A stretch of 64,000 nt of DNA from an uncultured Desulfospira sp. Its GTDB lineage: Bacteria; Desulfobacterota; Desulfobacteria; Desulfobacterales; Desulfobacteraceae. Where the stretch lies: positions 1,600,001 through 1,664,000 of the forward strand of contig OY760175.1 in the NCBI GenBank assembly GCA_963663165.1, given 5' to 3'. Each line of letters starts with the position of its first letter. Positions within the stretch are counted from its first letter, which is position 1. The position numbers and the translations under genes are program-made. Below the pieces are notes generated by a model. The model was not told the origin of the DNA. It did no database searches and worked only from the letters and a program-made list of their open reading frames with translations. Of the stretch, positions 46,238-53,019 are shown piece by piece.

Positions 46238-48391
46238 TTATTTCTTTTCCCCGGCCTTACGGTTATTTTGTTCCGGGCTTTCACCCGCTTTGGACTGCTG
46301 CTCTTCAATGCCTTTCAAGGGCTGCTTTTCCCTTAACCCCGCATAGGACAGAATCCCCACCGTGCTGGTATTATGAAGGATGGCGGCGGTGACCGGGTTG
46401 ATCAATCCAAAGGTGGCCAGCATCAGGAAGAGCGAGTTAAGCCCCACAGCAGAAACAAAGCTGTGTTTAATGGTATCCTGGCACCGCAGGGCGATTTCCC
46501 GCCCGGCCAACAGACAGTTTAAGTTCTCCTGCATTAATATCACCTGGGCCGACTCCTTGGCAAGGTCCGCCCCTGAGGGCAGGCAGATGCCCACATGGGC
46601 CGATACCAGGGCCGGTGCATCGTTGACCCCGTCGCCGATAAACCCGAGATACGCCCCCTCTTTTTTAAGGTCTTCCACAATGGCGGCCTTGTCCTCGGGC
46701 TTAAGTTCGGCCCTGACCTCGTCCACGGCCGGCAGTTCTTTGGCAAGCGCCTTTGCCGTAACTTCCGTATCCCCGGTAAGAATGATAATCTTTTTAATAC
46801 CTGTTTTTTTCAAATTGTCCAGAACTTTTGGCGCTTCGGGCCGGAGTTCATCCCTTAACCCCAGTATTCCCACAAGCTTTTCTTCCCTTGTCACATAGAG
46901 CAGGCTCTTGCCCTGCTTTTGAAAGGCCAGGGCCGGTTTGTCCACCAGGGAGCAGTCAATGCCTTCATCATCTTCAACAAAATGGCGGGATCCCACCAGG
47001 ATATTGTCGTTGCTGATATAGGCCGACACCCCGTGGGCCACCACAAAGTCCACCTGGCTGGTGGGGGGCAGGTCAAGCCCCTTTTCTCTGGCAGCCCGTA
47101 CCACGGCGCGGGCGGCCGGGTGGGAGTAATGTTCCTCTGCTGAAGCGGCCAGGGCCAGTACCTCATCCGGGGCCATGCCGTTCACCGTGTGAACGTCGGT
47201 CACGGTCAGCTCTCCTTTGGTCAATGTGCCGGTCTTGTCAAAGACCAGGGTATCCAGCCGGGCCAGACTGTCCATGGCCTGGGAGCCTTTGAGCAGAACC
47301 CCCTGCCGGGCCGCCGTGTACATGGCCACCCTTACCGCCACCGGGCTGGACAATTTGATCACACAGGAATAGTCCACGGTAAGAACGGCGGCCGCCTTTT
47401 CCAGATCCCGGGTCAATCCGAAAAGGCCGACCCCCAACCCCAAGGTAACCGGGACCAGCTTGTCGGCGAGTTCATCGCTTTTCTTCTGGGCTTCGGATTC
47501 GTAATTGAGGGAGTCTTCCAAAAATTTGGAAATCCGGGCCACCGAAGTTTCAGCGCCCACTTTCAGGGCCTTGAACACGATCCGCCCGTCTTCAATGACC
47601 GACCCTGAAATCACCTCAGTACCGGGCTTCACATGAACGGGAACAGATTCGCCGGTGACGGAACTCTGGTTCACGGCAGCCTCGCCCCTGACCACCACCC
47701 CGTCCAGAGGAATCATCTCGCCGGGCCCGCAGACCACCTGGTCTCCGATCCTTGCATCATTAAAGGGGATCTGGACCTCCTGGCCGTCCACCTCTATCCA
47801 GATATGTTCGGTCTCGGGCTTGAGCAGGCTTTTCAGCAATTTGTTGGTCCGGTTCTCGCTGAGCGCTTCCAGGTATTCCCCCAGGGAAAGCAAAAATACA
47901 ATGGTTGCGGCCGTAAAATAATCCCTGCGGAACAAGGAAAAGGCCACGGCTGATCCGTCCAGGACCTCCACACTGATTTTACGGTTTACCAGACAGACCA
48001 GGGCATCGATCATAACCGGCAGGGACAGTATCAGGGCGATGGGCATGCAGCCCAGAGCCGGCAGAACCAGACAGCTTGCGGCAAGGGCCCCTTTTGCGGC
48101 CAGATTAATCAAAGACGGGCCGTTTTTCCGGTTGTTTTTCCCGTTAAAGGCATCCAGGGGCAGGTCACTGATACAGGCCAGAATCGAAGACCTTGTTTCA
48201 GGCCGGCCGTCATACCGGGCGATAATGGAGGATGCCCGGGTATTGATCCGGGCATTTTCAACCCCGGGGATGCCTTCAAGGCGAGCCTCCAGAAAATCCG
48301 GGTCCAGTTCCGGGTCCCTTAAAAACCGCCCCTTAAGGCGGATCCGGTGGGGCAGTTCATTGACGATCTGAACCGGACGCGGCGCCATCAT
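46238..48391 (-). CDS. fezB: P1B-6 ATPase, ferrosome FezB-type
   Basis: VDYSCVIKL TM motif, LHN..T, TGES, DKTGT, GDGVND, N-terminal HRIRLK motif. Confidence 0.85.
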   Translation of the reverse strand: MMAPRPVQIVNELPHRIRLKGRFLRDPELDPDFLEARLEGIPGVENARINTRASSIIARYDGRPETRSSILACISDLPLDAFNGKNNRKNGPSLINLAAKGALAASCLVLPALGCMPIALILSLPVMIDALVCLVNRKISVEVLDGSAVAFSLFRRDYFTAATIVFLLSLGEYLEALSENRTNKLLKSLLKPETEHIWIEVDGQEVQIPFNDARIGDQVVCGPGEMIPLDGVVVRGEAAVNQSSVTGESVPVHVKPGTEVISGSVIEDGRIVFKALKVGAETSVARISKFLEDSLNYESEAQKKSDELADKLVPVTLGLGVGLFGLTRDLEKAAAVLTVDYSCVIKLSSPVAVRVAMYTAARQGVLLKGSQAMDSLARLDTLVFDKTGTLTKGELTVTDVHTVNGMAPDEVLALAASAEEHYSHPAARAVVRAAREKGLDLPPTSQVDFVVAHGVSAYISNDNILVGSRHFVEDDEGIDCSLVDKPALAFQKQGKSLLYVTREEKLVGILGLRDELRPEAPKVLDNLKKTGIKKIIILTGDTEVTAKALAKELPAVDEVRAELKPEDKAAIVEDLKKEGAYLGFIGDGVNDAPALVSAHVGICLPSGADLAKESAQVILMQENLNCLLAGREIALRCQDTIKHSFVSAVGLNSLFLMLATFGLINPVTAAILHNTSTVGILSYAGLREKQPLKGIEEQQSKAGESPEQNNRKAGEKK

Positions 48392-48816
48392 GGGGCCCCG
48401 TCCTTTCCGGCATGGGGTTTGGGCTTCATGGCCCGGTCAATGGCATAGCCGGCCCCGGCCAGAGCCGCTGCGGTCAGGGCAATTTCCCATACGGTCTTTT
48501 TGGGGGTCAGGGATAAAATCACCGTGGCGGCAGCGCCTTTGGCAATGCCGTTGACCACGGCCTTTGTTCCGGTCATGGTGTTGTTCTGCACATCCACCAT
48601 GTTGGCGCCGATGGTGGCGGCACTGGCTATGGCCAGGGTGGCCGCAGCAAATTCCAGGGGGGTGTAGGTATCCTGGGGGATGGGGATGGGGGCAAAAAAA
48701 GGCCCCGGTGCAGGGGTTAACGCAAGCCCGGTTCCATCAGAAGTTAAAAAGACCGGCCGGGCTGATCCGGCGGCGATCCCGGGAGCGCCGCCGGCCGTAT
48801 TCATCTGGGTTTTCAT
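48388..48816 (-). CDS. MamC-like membrane protein
   Basis: TIGANM..V....MT...A...GIAKGA...AGAGYAID, paralogous to 40523-40933; ATGA overlap with fezB. Confidence 0.65.
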   Translation of the reverse strand: MKTQMNTAGGAPGIAAGSARPVFLTSDGTGLALTPAPGPFFAPIPIPQDTYTPLEFAAATLAIASAATIGANMVDVQNNTMTGTKAVVNGIAKGAAATVILSLTPKKTVWEIALTAAALAGAGYAIDRAMKPKPHAGKDGAP

Positions 48817-48934
48817 ATTGTTTCCGTGGCTATCAATTTTTTAGAGGCACTTGAAATATTGAATTTAATAAGTTTTAGCAAATTTGAGCCGTAAAAACAA
48901 TTGATAAGTCTAACCGCCCCTTTGCCGTTTGCCG

Positions 48935-49444
48935 CTATACCGCGTCACAGCATATTGATTCACACATGGGTTCCCTGTCCGGTTCGCCAAAAATGCTTAA
49001 AATCCGGTCTGCTGTGACCTTGGCCGCAATGCAGGATTTGGTTTCTGCGGTAATCCCAAGCCGGCCGCCGGTGTCCATGGGCTCATAGCCGTAAGCCGTG
49101 CGCACCACCTTTTCATAGGCGCAACGAAGCTGCCGGAAAGAGGCCTCAACTTCCGGGTATTCATTGGAGGCCCGGAAAGGCAGCCGGATAAAATCCTCAA
49201 TTTCCCCTCTTTTAAAGTGGGGAACACTCAAATAATGGAACCGTTCAGGCTGCCAGCCGGGGCGCCGCTCGTTTGTCCCGGGCATGCAGGTGCTTGAATG
49301 GGAATCGGGCACCACCGGGATGCTGCTCTCGATGCTCACCGCATTGACGGCCAATTTTTTTTCAAAATCCTCAAGGATCAGGGAGTATTTCAGAAAAGGC
49401 CTGAAATTGCCGCGTTTTTTCGTTATGGTCCAGTTGATCTGCAT
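48935..49444 (-). CDS. hypothetical protein, third gene of the AAA/VWA operon
   Basis: GGAG RBS, start MQINW 4 nt after the VWA gene stop; no recognised domain. Confidence 0.7.
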   Translation of the reverse strand: MQINWTITKKRGNFRPFLKYSLILEDFEKKLAVNAVSIESSIPVVPDSHSSTCMPGTNERRPGWQPERFHYLSVPHFKRGEIEDFIRLPFRASNEYPEVEASFRQLRCAYEKVVRTAYGYEPMDTGGRLGITAETKSCIAAKVTADRILSIFGEPDREPMCESICCDAV

Positions 49445-49448
49445 AAGT

Positions 49449-50723
49449 TTAACTCTCCAGACAGATGGTGTTGCCAAAGGGCGGTTTACTGCCGCCGGGA
49501 CCGGCCCCGCCGGGACCTGTCTTTACCCAGAGGACCGGGTATGGGGGCCGGTTTGAAGGAAACAATTTACATTCAAGATCGGTCAGGTAAATCAGGCAGG
49601 CCGGGCTGACCCGCTGATCAGCGATAAACTCAAAGGCCGGGCGAAAATCGGTTCCCCCGCCCCCTTTGGGCTCAAACTTTATGGGCAGGTCCCACTGATT
49701 AAACACCTGATACCGGTTCACGGCCATATCCGTATACAACAGGTGAAGCTTGGACGGGAAACATTCCAGAATGGCAGATAGTTCTGCGGCAAACTGGTCC
49801 AGTTCTTCGGGCAGGACAGACCCTGAGGTATCAAGGGCCACAGCCAGTTCGCTCAACTCATGGGTGTTCAAAGAGGGAAAATAAAGGTTCTGGTGAATAT
49901 ACCGCCGGTTGGGCGTGGTCCAGGAGTAATCCGACCGGGCTGAATTCTGGATAAACCGGGACAAAAGCTGCCGCCACCCCAGTTTGGGATTAATCCTTTC
50001 CTGGACCAGCCGCTCCAGCCCCTTTGGCAGCTTTCCCATGCGCCGGGCATTGGCCGCGGCCTGGACCAGGGCCTGGTCCCAGTCAATGTCCTCATCTTCC
50101 CCGGTTCCCGGCGCATCTTCCAGGTCCCGGACCTCGCCGGCCATGCCCGGATCAGTTCCGGGATCTTCCTGATTTTCATCCTGGCCGGTATTTCCCGGGT
50201 CATCAAGTGGCAACGGGTTTCGGCCCTGTTCGGGATCTGTCTCTTTCAGGGCTTCACTGTTGGGGTCGCCGACTTGCCCACCCCTGTCCTCTTCATTTTT
50301 CTCATCCGCCAGGGTCTGATAAACCGCATCGGCGCTTTTGTTCCGGAACCTGTCATCAAACAAAAACCCGTCGGGCAGGTCCATGCCCGCGTCCAAAAGA
50401 ATGGGATTAACGGCATAATCACAGGCCCGGTTCCACAGATCCTTGTCCCGGCTGCCGCGCCGTATGTGGTGGCCGCAGGCCGGGTGCATGACCGTATGGG
50501 CGCAAAGGCCGATGAGCTTTTGCCTTGGCAGGGTGCTGATGTAAGAAGGGTTATAGGCAAATACCCGGCCGTCGGTCCAGGCGGTGTGGCAGGAAGGGTC
50601 CGGCGTGACCTTTAACCTAAGGGCCAGGGACGCAAAAAACGGCTGGGCCATGACCATGGAAATCCTGGCCCGGACCACCCGGTCATGGGCAGACTGTTCT
50701 ATGGAGGAAAGGGGCTTGATCAT
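49449..50723 (-). CDS. DUF2201-type protein: metallopeptidase-like N-domain plus VWA domain
   Basis: TAWTDG, HTVMH...H, WN.ACDYAVN; acidic linker; LDTSGS, GGGTDF, YLTD (MIDAS). Confidence 0.85.
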   Translation of the reverse strand: MIKPLSSIEQSAHDRVVRARISMVMAQPFFASLALRLKVTPDPSCHTAWTDGRVFAYNPSYISTLPRQKLIGLCAHTVMHPACGHHIRRGSRDKDLWNRACDYAVNPILLDAGMDLPDGFLFDDRFRNKSADAVYQTLADEKNEEDRGGQVGDPNSEALKETDPEQGRNPLPLDDPGNTGQDENQEDPGTDPGMAGEVRDLEDAPGTGEDEDIDWDQALVQAAANARRMGKLPKGLERLVQERINPKLGWRQLLSRFIQNSARSDYSWTTPNRRYIHQNLYFPSLNTHELSELAVALDTSGSVLPEELDQFAAELSAILECFPSKLHLLYTDMAVNRYQVFNQWDLPIKFEPKGGGGTDFRPAFEFIADQRVSPACLIYLTDLECKLFPSNRPPYPVLWVKTGPGGAGPGGSKPPFGNTICLES

Positions 50724-51703
50724 ACCAGAACTTGGGCATGGCATGAGGCCCAGTCTGCGAAGGCCGGGGTCCGGACCAGGCCGGCATGTTTACGGACCGC
50801 CTCCCGAACCAGGAGAACGGAAAATTCTACGGGCAGCCGGGATGCCCAGGCCATGACGGGGTCGGCGGTATCTTCTTTAAGGGCATGGCTCATCATTTCG
50901 CACAGGGCAAAGAGGACCGCCGGATCTTTGGGGATCTCAATGCCCTCAGGGTCTTCTATAATATCGGCGGCTTCGGGAAGGCAATGCCAGATTTTTAGAA
51001 ATCCTGAAAACTCTGCGGCAGCGCCCTTGCCCACGGCACCGGCCACCATGGAACCAAGAAGGCCCGGGTCAGGAGCGGCCTTTACCAGCCTTGAGACAAA
51101 TTCCCAGGACCTTGGGGAAGGAAAGGCCCGGTCGTCTTTTTCAGGATCAAAATCGTGGAGCAGGGCGGGCCGGAAACGAATAAAGGCAACGACCTCCGGT
51201 GCAATGGCATTGGCACCGGCCCAGGTGAGCCAGTCCGGCACATCCACCTCAAATTCCAGATGAACAAACCGGTTGGCCAGGGCCGAGGGCATGCGATGGG
51301 AAACGGCCCGGTCCTGCTCCCGGTTGCCGGCAGCGATCACAGACCAGCCTTCAGGGAGCTCATACTCCCCTAACCGGCGGTCAAGGACTAACTGGTAACA
51401 GGCCGCCTGAACCAGGGGAGGCGCCGCGTTCAGTTCATCCAAAAACAGCACCCCCCTGCCCTGCCGGGGAAGAAAGCCCGGGGCGCACCATTGGGAGACC
51501 CCGTCCGGGGTGATCTTAGGGATTCCCCGTAAATCCACAGGGTCCAGGAGAATGGCCCGGATGTCAATGAGGGAGAGGGACAAAGCATCGGCGGTCTGCC
51601 GGACCACCTGGCTCTTTCCAATGCCCGGCGGACCCCAGAGAAACGCGGGCTGCCGGATGTCAAGCAAGGTATTCAGGGCCGTTGAAATTTGGGATGGCTT
51701 CAT
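50720..51703 (-). CDS. MoxR-like AAA+ ATPase
   Basis: WGPPGIGKS, DLRG.P, LFLDEL, AAGNR, ALANRF, SPRSWE. Confidence 0.9.
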   Translation of the reverse strand: MKPSQISTALNTLLDIRQPAFLWGPPGIGKSQVVRQTADALSLSLIDIRAILLDPVDLRGIPKITPDGVSQWCAPGFLPRQGRGVLFLDELNAAPPLVQAACYQLVLDRRLGEYELPEGWSVIAAGNREQDRAVSHRMPSALANRFVHLEFEVDVPDWLTWAGANAIAPEVVAFIRFRPALLHDFDPEKDDRAFPSPRSWEFVSRLVKAAPDPGLLGSMVAGAVGKGAAAEFSGFLKIWHCLPEAADIIEDPEGIEIPKDPAVLFALCEMMSHALKEDTADPVMAWASRLPVEFSVLLVREAVRKHAGLVRTPAFADWASCHAQVLV

Positions 51704-51798
51704 GTTTTAAAACATTACTTTTATTATATTAAAATTTTTTAGTTATTCAATTCGTAGATTTGTTAATATTAAAAATACTATTTTTTGTCAATCTAAAT

Positions 51799-51814
51799 GT
51801 TAGGGATCTCTAAC
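51799..51814. promoter_or_regulatory. candidate DtxR-type operator (perfect)
   Basis: GTTAGGGATCTCTAAC, 7 nt upstream of a minus-strand TTGACA (51786-91). Confidence 0.7.
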
Positions 51815-51901
51815 GTAAAATTTTCCTGTATCGGATATGGTTCCCTTGGTTTAAATTGTTTTCTTTGGATTTTGTGGATTCAGGAGTTTAATGTATAAAA
51901 T

Positions 51902-51985
51902 TGGGACTTGGGATATGGGACTTGGGACTTGGGGAGGCCGTGGATGCCGCAATCCCCAGGTCCCATATCCCAAGTCCCAAGTCCA
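51902..51985. repeat. inverted (GGGACTT)n heptamer arrays
   Basis: gggacttgggatatgggacttgggacttgggg...ccccaggtcccatatcccaagtcccaagtcc. Confidence 0.75.
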
Positions 51986-52023
51986 TTTTTTTGGAGATTT
52001 AATTGAATGAATTCCCCCGGCCC

Positions 52024-52178
52024 AAAAGCAGAGAGGCAGCGTCCGCCAACCGGATGCTGCCTCTCTTAAGGCAAAATAAAGTAACATTAAGGAGGTTTTG
52101 CTTAAGCCGCTGTGACCTCAAAGGTGGAATGGCTTTTGAAGTCATCATGGGGTGAGGATGAAAGCAATACCCTTATGG
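52024..52178 (-). ncRNA. candidate small regulatory RNA
   Basis: TTGACA-N17-TAGAGT promoter, two hairpins with C/U-rich loops (one carrying CCUCCUU), 16-bp terminator stem with U-tract, no RBS-led ORF. Confidence 0.5.
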
Positions 52179-52231
52179 TGAGTCACTCTATATTAAAAAA
52201 TACTGCGTGTCAAGGAAAAGTTTTATAAAAC

Positions 52232-52486
52232 TTATTTTTTTATTTCCGTCTCATTTTCAAGTGCTTTCTGCTGCTTTTTGACTCTTTTTTCAGGCTGGTA
52301 CAAGAAGTGATGCCAGAGGGCGGCCCCGGCCAGCAGGGCACCGGCACCGGTGTGGATGTTTTTTAAAGTCCTGGAACGGTTCCCCTTTAAAAACGGAGCC
52401 GTGATGACGGCCACCCCGAGGGAGGCGGTCATGGCAATTTTGGCAATTTCTTTTTTAGTCTCGAGATCGAGCGGCTTTTCTGGCAT
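52232..52486 (-). CDS. small two-TM membrane protein with His residues
   Basis: KKEIAKIAMTASLG...IHTGAG.LL.GA.LWHH.LY. Confidence 0.7.
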   Translation of the reverse strand: MPEKPLDLETKKEIAKIAMTASLGVAVITAPFLKGNRSRTLKNIHTGAGALLAGAALWHHFLYQPEKRVKKQQKALENETEIKK

Positions 52487-52598
52487 TTCTTCGTTTTTTT
52501 CTCTGGATGGTTTTTTTAGTGCCTTTCCCGGTTTCAACAGCAAGGGCACAGGTCAGTACGGTTGCAACCCCACAGACGATAGGAATAAATGGTGCCAT
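52455..52598 (-). CDS. 47-aa membrane-anchored basic microprotein, not in the ORF track
   Basis: GGGAGG RBS; MAPFIPIVCGVATVLTCALAVETGKGTKKTIQRKKRRNARKAARSRD. Confidence 0.6.
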   Translation of the reverse strand: MAPFIPIVCGVATVLTCALAVETGKGTKKTIQRKKRRNARKAARSRD

Positions 52599-52668
52599 AT
52601 TTCCTCCCAAAATGCAATATCAAGTTCTTCGCCCGAAAAACCCCGGGTCGGATTATTTATTCCCGGCT

Positions 52669-52697
52669 ATATTAGTTTTAACTAAATTAATAGTCAA
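52669..52697 (-). promoter_or_regulatory. sigma70 promoter with TTAG-N6-CTAA operator in the spacer
   Basis: TTGACT 52697-92, 17 nt spacer, TAATAT 52674-69; ATTAGTTTTAACTAAA 52671-86. Confidence 0.7.
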
Positions 52698-52868
52698 CTC
52701 TTTATTTTATATAATTTAATTTTATTTATATCATATATATAACTTTTTTAAATATTAACAACAATTCAGGGATACTGAAAGAATAATAAATATGACAGAA
52801 TTGATATATCCACCATACCCTAAAGGGCAGAAACCGGGACGGCTTGGGTTATCCAACCAAGCACCGCC

Positions 52869-52940
52869 CACAACAAAGCTGTTGTGACAATTCCAGATCT
52901 TTCCGCAACGCATCAGATGGGTGGCTTTCCGTCCAAACAC
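52869..52940 (-). repeat. truncated copy of the CTGCGTTG-family structured element
   Basis: Minus strand gtgtttggacggaaagccacccatctgatgcgttgc aligns with gtgtttgggcgataagtcacccatctgctgcgttgc at 9084. Confidence 0.6.
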
Positions 52941-52945
52941 CGCAT

Positions 52946-52990
52946 AAAAAAGCAGACCCGCCATGGATCAAAGTCCATGGCGGGTCTGCT
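52946..52990 (-). terminator. intrinsic terminator of feoAB
   Basis: agcagacccgccatgga/tccatggcgggtctgct perfect stem plus T-tract. Confidence 0.8.
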
Positions 52991-53019
52991 GCCGGTCAAT
53001 ATTGTTTTTGGCGGTTGGG

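Noticed and set aside
48935..51703. Prophage origin of the AAA/DUF2201 pair
   Set aside because: No integrase, structural or replication genes nearby; it carries the island operator.
51851..52087. 78-aa ORF, and similar ORFs at 427-715, 20004-20344 and 27116-27355
   Set aside because: Translations of REP or heptamer repeats and terminator stems.
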